In this document: piece by piece, positions 1-8,967 of the stretch
Numbering within the stretch: position 1 is the stretch's first letter
Layout of the letters: the number at the start of each line of letters is the position of its first letter
Origin: a virus
Lineage: Duplodnaviria; Caudoviricetes
DNA length: 38,073 bases
Virus record (IMG/VR): IMGVR_UViG_3300049436_000062
Coordinates: 1 to 38,073 of that record
Strand: one strand, 5' to 3'
Notes under the pieces: generated by a model
Databases searched by the model: none
What the model saw: the letters and a program-made list of their open reading frames with translations, nothing else
Told to the model about the DNA's origin: nothing
Made by a program: the position numbers and the translations under genes

Positions 1-221
1 CCTGAAAAAAGGACCCCGGGCCGTGTATTTCCCCAGCAAAATCGCGCACCTGGCCGTCTGACCACCGGTCAGCGCACACACTCCCACACATTTTGCTGTC
101 AAGACTTTACAAAACAAACCCGAAATTTACGTGCCCACGGCTGGGCGAAAAAGCTGCGCTGTCAACGCCCCCCAGAATTCCAAGCGGTTTTGGTCAATCT
201 CGCGCGACTTGTACAAAGAGC

Positions 222-251
222 TTGACAGCTCCCGGCCACCGGGGGCATAAT
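222..251 (+). promoter_or_regulatory. sigma70-like promoter TTGACA-N18-CATAAT
   Basis: TTGACA 222-227 and CATAAT 246-251, upstream of the first gene; the spacer contains the CCCGG/CCGGG dyad. Confidence 0.6.
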
Positions 252-261
252 GCTTTCTACG

Positions 262-747
262 ATGGCCGATGATCGTGCTCCGCCATCGACTCGTGTTCCC
301 GCTCCCGCCTCGACCCCGACCGGGGTCAACGCTGCCGTTCAGCCCGGGCCCTATGGTCATTCAGAGGGGGCCCGGGCTGGCGCCAGTCCGCGAGAGCTTG
401 CAGCGGAGCGGTATATCCGCCAGATCTTCTCAGCGCTGGACATCCGTCTGGATCTGATCGTGTCTTTCCGAGATGACACTGACCGGACCACGATGATCGA
501 AAATGCCTGCACGCTGGGGATCAATGTCGAGGTGATCGTCTACCGGGATTGGTTTGATCAGACCGCAGCCTACCAGCGCAGGTCGACCATTCACGAAGCG
601 GTCCACGTGCTGTGGGATCCGTACACTCGAGTAGCTCAAGCGGGCCTCCGGGGGCGCGCGCTGGCAGCGGTCCTGGAAGCTGAAGAACACGCGGTGGAAC
701 GCACGGCACGGCTCCTGGAGCCACATTTCCCGTACCCAGATTTCTAA
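262..747 (+). CDS. hypothetical protein, putative zincin-type metallopeptidase
   Basis: HEAVH (HExxH) motif followed by a downstream EE; start uncertain (ATG 250 overlaps the -10 box, so ATG 262 is preferred). Confidence 0.55.
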   Translation: MADDRAPPSTRVPAPASTPTGVNAAVQPGPYGHSEGARAGASPRELAAERYIRQIFSALDIRLDLIVSFRDDTDRTTMIENACTLGINVEVIVYRDWFDQTAAYQRRSTIHEAVHVLWDPYTRVAQAGLRGRALAAVLEAEEHAVERTARLLEPHFPYPDF

Positions 748-870
748 AGCGGGCGCGTGCGGGGTTAGCAGACCCAAGCGCGTTCCGCCCATTCTCAATT
801 TCTCGCTCGCGCCCCGGACCCGGTTTTGACATCGCTCCCGGGCCGGGGCGCAGCGGGAGAGCAAAACAAA

Positions 871-1566
871 ATGGCTGATCGTCCCACTAAATGTCGAGCC
901 TGTCAAGCGCCCCTTCCGCTTTTTTCCGGCCGGGGCCGCCCCGCAATATTGTGCATCGCATGTGCGGACAAAGGCAACCGTGGACGTAGGAAAACAAAAG
1001 AGCCGCGACCCCCCGGCATGGAAGCCCCGGAGCCGAGCATCGCTCCGCCCATGCCGGGGGTGCTCCCACGGTCGCCCCTGGACGCGGTAGCCGAGACCCG
1101 GCTAGAGCGCTCCGCACGCCTGGCCATGGAAGCGAGCGAGCCGCTACGCCTGGCCGTGGCGCTCAGCGTGACCCCCGATCTCCAGCGGGCCGCGGCCCTG
1201 GCCAATATTCGGGAGCTACCTCCGGCTGAGCTAGAGGCGCTGGGGGCCCGCGTCCGCGCGGAGCTCCCTGACCTGATCGCCCGAAGGCCCGCAGCGATCG
1301 GGGCGCTCGTGTGGCAGGCAATGGCGCTCCAGGTTTTGAACCTGATCGTGCGGGCTCCGCACATGGCCCCTGCCCAATCGGCAGCATCGGCCAAGGCGCT
1401 CGCGCAAGTGCTCGAGTTGGTGCAGGGCGGAACGCAGCCCGCGTACTCCAAACTTATTATCCAGGTCCAGGGCATGGACGATGACACCGCGCGCATTGAC
1501 GCGATCATGGGAGATCAAGCAAATGGCCAAGCGACCCCCGGACCCAACTCCACAGCAACCCATTGA
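871..1566 (+). CDS. probable terminase small subunit with N-terminal zinc ribbon
   Basis: CRAC...CIAC cysteine pairs, helical body, position just upstream of TerL; GGGAG before ATG 871. Confidence 0.5.
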   Translation: MADRPTKCRACQAPLPLFSGRGRPAILCIACADKGNRGRRKTKEPRPPGMEAPEPSIAPPMPGVLPRSPLDAVAETRLERSARLAMEASEPLRLAVALSVTPDLQRAAALANIRELPPAELEALGARVRAELPDLIARRPAAIGALVWQAMALQVLNLIVRAPHMAPAQSAASAKALAQVLELVQGGTQPAYSKLIIQVQGMDDDTARIDAIMGDQANGQATPGPNSTATH

Positions 1567-1807
1567 GCCCGAGCTCCCGCCAGTCCCCCCGGATGATGTC
1601 CGCCCGATGGTTTCGGAGCTGACAGTAGAGGCGGCCACGCTCGCTCTTGCGGCCGCGAAGAACGGGAACATCACGTCCGCTATGATCGTGGGTTACGGCC
1701 CGCACGGTGGCGTTTTCCGGCTCGCCACACCGCGCACGCCTACGGACATTTTCGCGCTCCTGGCCCTCATGGACACGATGCGCCTTGAGCTACTGAGCGG
1801 GCTTTAG
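1523..1807 (+). CDS. hypothetical protein
   Basis: GGGAG upstream of ATG 1523; fills the gap between the TerS-like gene and TerL. Confidence 0.6.
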   Translation: MAKRPPDPTPQQPIEPELPPVPPDDVRPMVSELTVEAATLALAAAKNGNITSAMIVGYGPHGGVFRLATPRTPTDIFALLALMDTMRLELLSGL

Positions 1808-1819
1808 TCACTCCGATCC

Positions 1820-3223
1820 ATGACTGAGCGAGGATACATCCCGGCCGTTGTCCTGGAGACTATGGAGAGTCTCAAGGGCGGGCTCGATGCGTCCGAGGCG
1901 GTCACGATTCACGCCCCTTGGCGGCCGTTCCTTCCGCATCAAAAAGAATTCTACTCCTGGCTCCCGAAAGATAAGATCGGGGTCCAAGCCCTTCTAGGTG
2001 GCTGGGGCTCCGGTAAGACCCACGGAGCGATGCGCAAGCTGATCCGGCTCGCCACGCTGAACCCCTGGCGACCGGTATACGGCAATAATAATCCCCGGGG
2101 CATACTCGCTGCGCCCACGCACAGGATTCTGAAACAAAGCGTCTTGTACCATTTCGATCTGCTCGTACCGCCCGAAATGGTCATTCGCAGGCGCGGCCCT
2201 CCGCACAACGACATTCTGATGTCCAACGGCTTCCGCTGGATTCTGCACTCGGGCGAGAGCGAGATCGAGGGACTTGACGCGTGCGTCATTGGGATCACGG
2301 AGATCCATCACCCAGTTTGGTCCAGCAATCCGCAGAAATTTTTGAACCTCATGGCGCGTCTTCGGGACCCCGAGGCGCGTTACATGGGGATGATCGTGGA
2401 CGGGCTACCGGAGTCCGGTTGGGTGCGCGATACGTTCGACACAAGCCAGCGCCCGAACCCGAATCGGCAAACCATCCTGGCCAAGACCAGCCAGAATCCG
2501 AACATCCCCAAAGAGACACTCCAAACTTTTTACGAGTCATGCCCCAGCGGCCAAGAAAAGAAATTACTTGGCGGGGAATGGATGCCTCCGATCGGTGCGA
2601 TTTATCCGCAATTCGATGCGGACACGCACCTAACGGAGCATCGCGGCTACGCGAACGTGACCACGCACCTAGGCCTGGACATCGGCAACTTTGGTGCGGC
2701 CCTAATGGCCCAAGAAATTGAAGTAGAAATCCACGATATCTTGGGCGCCACGTCCAAGGCCAAGGGCTTGCTTATCGTGGATCAAATGCTGACATCGGAC
2801 GAATCCGTAGAAAAAATGTGCTACCGGATTCGTACCGAGAAACCGTGGCGCATTGACGGGAACTCGGTCATTTGCGTGGACCCCACGATCCGCAGGGACG
2901 AAACCAACGCAATCCGAAATCATTTCCCGCAAGCGCGCATAGTAAAGCGCGAGCGTGGGCACGATATGTTCCCGATTGAGTCCGGCATTCGGATCACGCA
3001 ACGGGCGTTCGCGGACGCGTTGCAGAATAACAGGCTCTATATCTGGCGCGGCCTGGCCAACGTGCCCAACGGAATCGTGGATGGACTTCAGCGCTACCGA
3101 AGAAATGAAGTTACCCAGGAGCCAATAAAGGACAACGCCAGGGATCACTGCCTTGACGCCCTCCGTTATATTTGCTGCGAATTACTTCCGACCGATCGCC
3201 CTGAGTCTAGGAGCTTTCAATGA
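1820..3223 (+). CDS. terL: terminase large subunit
   Basis: Walker A GGWGSGKT; nuclease motifs LGLDIG, CVDP and C-terminal DHCLDALRY. Confidence 0.93.
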   Translation: MTERGYIPAVVLETMESLKGGLDASEAVTIHAPWRPFLPHQKEFYSWLPKDKIGVQALLGGWGSGKTHGAMRKLIRLATLNPWRPVYGNNNPRGILAAPTHRILKQSVLYHFDLLVPPEMVIRRRGPPHNDILMSNGFRWILHSGESEIEGLDACVIGITEIHHPVWSSNPQKFLNLMARLRDPEARYMGMIVDGLPESGWVRDTFDTSQRPNPNRQTILAKTSQNPNIPKETLQTFYESCPSGQEKKLLGGEWMPPIGAIYPQFDADTHLTEHRGYANVTTHLGLDIGNFGAALMAQEIEVEIHDILGATSKAKGLLIVDQMLTSDESVEKMCYRIRTEKPWRIDGNSVICVDPTIRRDETNAIRNHFPQARIVKRERGHDMFPIESGIRITQRAFADALQNNRLYIWRGLANVPNGIVDGLQRYRRNEVTQEPIKDNARDHCLDALRYICCELLPTDRPESRSFQ

Positions 3224-3693
3224 TAAGCGGAAAGTACGTCATCCCAGCCGGCCTGAGTCTCACGATCAAAGTCAGCAAGGTGGTGGGCAAGGCGGGTCGC
3301 GCAGGAGCGAAGGCTGTGCGGGAGCGCCTCAAGGCACGCGCTGGCGCAAAGGGCTCGCTCCCGATGCCCCAGGATCACGATAACCAAGGGCTCCAGCGCA
3401 CGGGCGAAATGATTCGATCGGTGGACTTTCGAACCAGACGCGGCACGGATAAAGAGGCGGGAACGATCTTCCCGACGGGCAAGCGCGAGCGCCCCAAGAA
3501 AACCAGCGCCAAAACGGCAACGCGGAACGCGGCCATTCTGAGCATCCTCCTGGCCACGAATGACAAGATCGCGGACTCTGATCCAATGGGCCGCAACGAT
3601 GCCCTGGACAAGGTCCTAGCGGACGCTGCGCAAAAATCAATCTCGGAACAAAAGGCGGGCCTCAAGGCCAAGGGAAAGCGGACAATCAAATGA
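3220..3693 (+). CDS. basic virion morphogenesis / tail-completion-like protein
   Basis: LQRTGEMIRSV resembles the LxxTGxLxxSI motif of HK97 gp10 / virion morphogenesis proteins; ATGA overlaps at both ends. Confidence 0.45.
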   Translation: MISGKYVIPAGLSLTIKVSKVVGKAGRAGAKAVRERLKARAGAKGSLPMPQDHDNQGLQRTGEMIRSVDFRTRRGTDKEAGTIFPTGKRERPKKTSAKTATRNAAILSILLATNDKIADSDPMGRNDALDKVLADAAQKSISEQKAGLKAKGKRTIK

Positions 3694-5561
3694 GCCTGAA
3701 GAAAAACAGCAAGGCGGACATCCAAGGCCTGAAAGATATTGACCGGAAGATCAAGCCCGGCAACGCCCAAGATGACTGGGAACGCGCGTGGCGCATGTAC
3801 AACGATTGCTCCCGCACGGACACGCAAGCGCGCCTGAAGAGCATCGGGGTCGGTATTACAGACAACCCCAGCCCTCTTGAGGTACAGCTACTCCGCAGAG
3901 TGGTAGACCGCCTGGCAGTCATCTACTCCCGCCCTCCAATGCGTTGGTTCGCGCGGGACGGCAAGCGGCTCGAAGATACTTCGGACGAGCACATCCAGAT
4001 CATTGAGACGATGGAGCGCAGCAAATACGATCTCGCGTTGCGACACGCGGACAAAACGCGCGCGAACCTGCGACAGGCGATCATGCGCTTTTATCCGAGC
4101 GACACCCTAGGTTGCGTGGTGCCGCGCGTGTTCGAGCCGCACATTGTGATCCGGGAGCCAAGCACCACTTGCCCGGACGTCATGGATGAGGACTCACGCT
4201 TTGCGCTCAAGCTACGCTCGGGCGCGTCCCCCGGGGACGATCTGTGGGAGTATTGGGAGCGAGACGGCCAGAGTTGGCGCATGGCTGTGGTGGACGGTAA
4301 CGGCACCTTGGCCGGAGTGCAGCCCTTCCGCGCTACGTCCCTTCAGAGCCCGTATGAAAAGCTCCCGGTACAGATCATCTTTGACGGCTACCCGGCCGGG
4401 GCCGCGTGGCTCCCGCCACGCACTAGCCGCGTGAGCTGGGCCGATGCGATCAACGCCATGGCCAACGATCTGTGGGCGCTGATCCACCACGAAGCACACA
4501 ATCAAATCGTGGTGGCCACGGATGACGTCAAGCTTGTTCCGAAAGAACACGGCCCGGGCACCACATGGGTGTTGCCCAAGGATGCGGTAGCTACCATCCT
4601 GAGCAGCACGGTTCACATGAAGGAAGCCCAAGAGGTCCTAGATTCTTTCGTGCGGCTGTGGTCACTCTCAGAGGATCTCCCGATTTCTGAATTCGACCGC
4701 GCAAAGCAAATGGTCACCGGGGCGGCTCTCAAAGTCGCGAGTCAACCCTTGCTCACCAGGCGAGCGGATCAGGTACAGCTTGCGTGCTCAGACGAACGCG
4801 CCGCGTTCGAGCGCTACCGTGCGGTGCACAATGAGCACGCGGCCAACTCGGAGGCTCCGCTCTGGCAGGAGCGTGAGATGATCGCGGATGATCTGGAGCT
4901 GGACGTTGAAATAGCGGAAATGGACATTCCCACGGATAAGGCCGAAATCCAGGACGTGGGCGCCAAGCAAATCATGATGGGTACCGGCTCCGTGATCGAT
5001 CAGATCGAGGCGGAGTATGGGATCCCACGGCATGAGGCGCTTGAGAAATACGCACAGATCCAAAAGGACCTGAGCGACTATCCTCCGCGCGCGGACCCGG
5101 CCAACGGCCCCGGTAGCACCACCGGAGCGGACGGGATGCAAACGCCTCGCAGCACCACGGAGGAGGTATACCAAACCAATTCTATGGCCGCGGGCGTGGC
5201 CGCGCAGCCTGATTTCCCGGACGGAGCTCCCGACATGGCCCAACCCTCTGACACCGCAGCCAACGGCAGCGCAGCCCCGATCCCCGCCTCACCCGTGCCC
5301 GCGCAGAATAGCGCACTCAACGGAGCGCAGGTCACAAGCGCCGTGGAAATCGTGAGCCTGGTAGCGAAGGGCGAGCTCCCGCGGGACTCGGGCGTTGCGA
5401 TGTTGGCCAGGTTCTTCGGCATGACCACGGAGGATGCGGACGTAATCATGGGCACGGTAGGTCGCGGATTCACCGCTCCCAAACCGGAGCCGCCCCCGGC
5501 CCCGGGGTTTGGAGCCAAGCCACCGGGCGCGCGTGGTGCTGCCCCGGATTCCACCCCTTGA
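3690..5561 (+). CDS. portal protein with low-complexity C-terminal extension
   Basis: 623 aa between TerL and scaffold/capsid; TGAAL motif typical of SPP1-like portals. Confidence 0.8.
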   Translation: MSLKKNSKADIQGLKDIDRKIKPGNAQDDWERAWRMYNDCSRTDTQARLKSIGVGITDNPSPLEVQLLRRVVDRLAVIYSRPPMRWFARDGKRLEDTSDEHIQIIETMERSKYDLALRHADKTRANLRQAIMRFYPSDTLGCVVPRVFEPHIVIREPSTTCPDVMDEDSRFALKLRSGASPGDDLWEYWERDGQSWRMAVVDGNGTLAGVQPFRATSLQSPYEKLPVQIIFDGYPAGAAWLPPRTSRVSWADAINAMANDLWALIHHEAHNQIVVATDDVKLVPKEHGPGTTWVLPKDAVATILSSTVHMKEAQEVLDSFVRLWSLSEDLPISEFDRAKQMVTGAALKVASQPLLTRRADQVQLACSDERAAFERYRAVHNEHAANSEAPLWQEREMIADDLELDVEIAEMDIPTDKAEIQDVGAKQIMMGTGSVIDQIEAEYGIPRHEALEKYAQIQKDLSDYPPRADPANGPGSTTGADGMQTPRSTTEEVYQTNSMAAGVAAQPDFPDGAPDMAQPSDTAANGSAAPIPASPVPAQNSALNGAQVTSAVEIVSLVAKGELPRDSGVAMLARFFGMTTEDADVIMGTVGRGFTAPKPEPPPAPGFGAKPPGARGAAPDSTP

Positions 5562-5587
5562 CAAGCGGGGTCTAACCCGCGTATAAT
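5558..5587 (+). promoter_or_regulatory. consensus sigma70-like promoter TTGACA-N18-TATAAT upstream of scaffold/capsid
   Basis: TTGACA 5558-5563, TATAAT 5582-5587; the spacer contains the GCGGG/CCCGC dyad. Confidence 0.7.
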
Positions 5588-5599
5588 GGAGACCTCAAA

Positions 5600-6235
5600 A
5601 TGCGTTCCAAGCTGAAGATCTGGAAAGCGGCCCCGCTCCCGGGAGCCGAAGGCACGGTTGACAAAGCCGGCCCGGATCTGAGCGCCAAGCCCCCGGCCGC
5701 GGCTCCCGCAGCGAATGCGGAGCCTGAGCCCCCGGCCTGGTTCAAGAGTTTCGCGGAAAAAGTCGAGGGGAAGTTTACGCAAATCGGCCAGGATTTTGGT
5801 CGTGTGCGTGAGAAGATCAAGGCGGAGGGCGAGGGCGCGAAGCCCGCGGACTCCACTCCCGCTGCCGTGACTCGCGAGGATCTCACGGCTGCGTTGACCC
5901 TCGGCTCGCTCATGGCCGGACTGCCTGAGACCGCCCGCGAGAAGATCAACGCCCGAGTAGCAAAGCAGGGGTATAGTGCGGCCCTTGAATTTGCCCAGGA
6001 CTTGGCTGCACTCCTGCCCGCTGCGAAAGCGGACGGATCCCCCGCGGAGGCCAAGCGCCCCGCACCCCCCGGCCTGCCAGCGACTGGCGCCCAAAGCCTG
6101 ACCCCGAGCCGACCGCGCAGCAAGCAAGAATATTTCGCGCTAAAGACATCGGACCCCGCAGCCTTCAAGGCTCTCGAGCGGGACGATAGCTTCGACCCGA
6201 ATATCTTGCCCTCGCGCGTTTTGCAGAACTACTAG
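5600..6235 (+). CDS. capsid scaffolding protein
   Basis: Ala/Pro-rich and helical, directly upstream of the capsid gene; GGAG before ATG. Confidence 0.7.
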   Translation: MRSKLKIWKAAPLPGAEGTVDKAGPDLSAKPPAAAPAANAEPEPPAWFKSFAEKVEGKFTQIGQDFGRVREKIKAEGEGAKPADSTPAAVTREDLTAALTLGSLMAGLPETAREKINARVAKQGYSAALEFAQDLAALLPAAKADGSPAEAKRPAPPGLPATGAQSLTPSRPRSKQEYFALKTSDPAAFKALERDDSFDPNILPSRVLQNY

Positions 6236-6262
6236 CTAGTTCCAGCGGGGCGGAGGCCCACC

Positions 6263-7321
6263 GTGGCTGACGCGCGCAGTAAGGCGGTACTCACCGCTCT
6301 TGAGCCCCTCTACACCCGAACCCGTTACCTGATCGATCGCGTCCGCGATCTGCGGGAGCCGACCGGTCTTGGCGACCGCATCGAAATTCCGCAGATCGCT
6401 CAGCTCAACGTGACCGCGGCGGGTTCATCCACCACGGCACCGCAGGCTGTGAGCACTTCGGTGCTTGCACTGACCGTGGATCGCGAGCCCTGGATCAACT
6501 CGCTCTTGCCGCAGCTGGATTCCGTTCAGCTCCTGGACGGTCGTTGGGCTCCGCAGGTCGCTGAGCAGGCGACCCAAATGCTGAAGAATAACATGGATGA
6601 GCATCTTTGCCGGGACTTCCTGGCTAAGACGCAGTGCTTCGACACCAGCGCGACCTATCACGTCAACGTGGCAGGCGACTCGTTTATCGAAGACGACATC
6701 CTGAACGCCAAGGCTTTCTTGCTCGCTCAGGACGGGGTCATGCAAGAGAATATCGGCCTGGTAGTCTCGCCCTACGGTGAGGCGAGTATCCAGAGCATCG
6801 CGGGCTTCCTGCCCGCGGGCCAGGTCCTGGAGCAAGGTGTGCTCGGTATCCCGCGCGTGGGCACCGTCTTCGGCATTCCGGTGTTTTCGAGCAATTCGAT
6901 CCAGCGGAACCCGAGCGCGGCCGCAACGGCCACGAACATCGCGACCAACGTCTGTACGGCCACCGTGGCCGCGGGACATGGTTTCGTGCCCGGCATGCTT
7001 GTGTACACCACGGGCATGACCACGAACATCGCGCGCGCTGCGGCTGTGGCGATCACTTCGGTCACTGCGACCACGATCGTGTTCCCCTTGACCGCGGCCA
7101 ACGGTAGCAACGGTGCGGCCGGTTTCGTCCAGGGCATTTCCAGCATGAACCTCATGCTGGATTTCTCGCAGGTTTTCGTGGCTCAGCAAATGTACCCGAA
7201 GACCCGCACCGTGCCGGACTTCCAAAGCACGGGCGATGCGCTCCAGGTCAGCACGATCTGGGGTCGCCAGTCCCGCGTGGGTCGCTCGCTTGTGGTGCAT
7301 TCGCCCGGTTCCAGCGCCTAA
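6263..7321 (+). CDS. major capsid protein (HK97 fold, P22-coat-like)
   Basis: 352 aa; GDRIEIP, LVVSP and GTVFGIPVFSSN motifs; GGAGG before GTG start; strongly biased codons. Confidence 0.85.
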   Translation: MADARSKAVLTALEPLYTRTRYLIDRVRDLREPTGLGDRIEIPQIAQLNVTAAGSSTTAPQAVSTSVLALTVDREPWINSLLPQLDSVQLLDGRWAPQVAEQATQMLKNNMDEHLCRDFLAKTQCFDTSATYHVNVAGDSFIEDDILNAKAFLLAQDGVMQENIGLVVSPYGEASIQSIAGFLPAGQVLEQGVLGIPRVGTVFGIPVFSSNSIQRNPSAAATATNIATNVCTATVAAGHGFVPGMLVYTTGMTTNIARAAAVAITSVTATTIVFPLTAANGSNGAAGFVQGISSMNLMLDFSQVFVAQQMYPKTRTVPDFQSTGDALQVSTIWGRQSRVGRSLVVHSPGSSA

Positions 7322-7403
7322 GTAAATCCGTAGCAACGGATCAATAGTTGCTCTCGCGCTGGGCTCCCGCAAGCCGACGGGGAATAGGAGCCCACCATAC
7401 TCC

Positions 7404-7685
7404 ATGCAAGATTACATCGGTGTGCGCGTCAATTCTTATTGCCGGATGTACGTGCCATCGGAGCACGTGCAGCGGTTCAAGCTCGAAGGGGGGCGCATCC
7501 TCCGCGCTACCCGCCCCGAAGAGAAGCCGGTCTGGCGTGCGCTTGCCCCTCTGGCCACGGTCATGAAGCCGCGACCCTCGCGCGCGGACGCGTGGCCGGA
7601 TAAGACTCCGCCCGAAGTGCCCGCGGAAGCGCTCCCGCTGAGCAAGCACCCCGGCAAGTTTGGCCCCGCTAAAGGATCCCGCTAA
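7404..7685 (+). CDS. hypothetical protein
   Basis: ORF after capsid; its stop abuts the next start (TAA ATG). Confidence 0.6.
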   Translation: MQDYIGVRVNSYCRMYVPSEHVQRFKLEGGRILRATRPEEKPVWRALAPLATVMKPRPSRADAWPDKTPPEVPAEALPLSKHPGKFGPAKGSR

Positions 7686-8516
7686 ATGACGTTTGTCCGC
7701 GAATACTACGGACTCCGCCCGGAGTTTCGACAGAACACGTCCGGCAACGTGTTCTATTGGTACCCGAAGGTCGGGGGGCTGAACGTTGACGCCACGGTGG
7801 GGAGCGCGATTTACAATATATACACCCCCGGTGGGTCTGCGATAGCCTCCGGCTCCTGTACTCAAGCGCTGGACTCCGGCAACCTGAGCTTTGCGATCAA
7901 TATGCCGTTGTTCGCTACGCTAGGTGAAGACTATCAAATCCGCATCGATTGGGTGGACCAATTCAGCTCGCCCCATCGCGAGGTAATTCTCTTCGATGTG
8001 GTGCTGTACCCCTGGCAGGAGAGCTCGGTCAGTCTGAATTCGCTCCAGGAGATTCGCGCGGACGTGGGCGAGGTACTCGAGCGCATGGGTTCCCGGTTGG
8101 CGCTCAGTCCCCCGGCAGAGACCTACGCGGGGATCATCGCGCAGCGTGCGCGCGTTGAGCTGGACGCGATGCTGCGCGATCAGATCGCCAGGGACTCTCA
8201 GCAATACGCCAGCACCTCCGCGTTGGCGGAGGCGTCCAGCGGGAGCATTTACATCCGGCCCCGGCTGATCATGAACCGGGAGCGCCTGGACCGCGTGGAG
8301 CGCTTACTAGCAATGCAACTTGCGTACGCTGCGGACATGGCCGGACCAGACTCCGATGATGAAAGCGCATCGCTCTTTCGGCACTACAAGGCGGAGGCGG
8401 AAGCCGCGTTCCGCAGCATGGGCGCGCTGAAATATGATCGCTCTGAGACGCTGCAGCCGACCGCGGAGCTCAGCGAGATTGGGCGCGTTGTCCACCTGCG
8501 GAGGGTACAGGGCTAA
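7686..8516 (+). CDS. putative head-tail adaptor with N-terminal beta domain
   Basis: position after capsid; beta-rich N-half and helical C-half. Confidence 0.55.
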   Translation: MTFVREYYGLRPEFRQNTSGNVFYWYPKVGGLNVDATVGSAIYNIYTPGGSAIASGSCTQALDSGNLSFAINMPLFATLGEDYQIRIDWVDQFSSPHREVILFDVVLYPWQESSVSLNSLQEIRADVGEVLERMGSRLALSPPAETYAGIIAQRARVELDAMLRDQIARDSQQYASTSALAEASSGSIYIRPRLIMNRERLDRVERLLAMQLAYAADMAGPDSDDESASLFRHYKAEAEAAFRSMGALKYDRSETLQPTAELSEIGRVVHLRRVQG

Positions 8517-8963
8517 ATGGTCGCTGTGCTCAATAGCGCGCTGGCGCAAATCGCCACGCAATGGGAGGCGCTCACGCCCCCGGACCGTACGACCGTGCGC
8601 TATCACGAGGCGGACGGGCGTAGGCGCATGTTGGGCGGTACGTCTGCGGATCGCGTGTTCGAGTTTGAGCTCCCGGTCCGCGAGGAGATCAGCGGCCAGG
8701 CTGGCCCAGCGTACAGCACGATCACGTGGAACGTCCGCGCGCGCGTGCAGCTTAGCCAGGCCGGGAGATCCGGCCAGGCCCTACGCGCAGCGGTCGCATC
8801 GGAAGGCAACCTACTTTCGCGCAATGTCGAGCGGACAAGCTCCTGGCCGGTGGGAGTAGTAGAAGTTATTACGGGTCCGGCCACACCCGAGCAAATCAAC
8901 GATCGGGGCGATGTCTTTTTGAGCATCGAATTCCAGATAACAACCTTTGAAACGGACGGGTAA
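8517..8963 (+). CDS. putative tail terminator / completion protein
   Basis: 148 aa immediately before the major tail gene; C-terminal alternating beta strand. Confidence 0.55.
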   Translation: MVAVLNSALAQIATQWEALTPPDRTTVRYHEADGRRRMLGGTSADRVFEFELPVREEISGQAGPAYSTITWNVRARVQLSQAGRSGQALRAAVASEGNLLSRNVERTSSWPVGVVEVITGPATPEQINDRGDVFLSIEFQITTFETDG

Positions 8964-8967
8964 CTAA

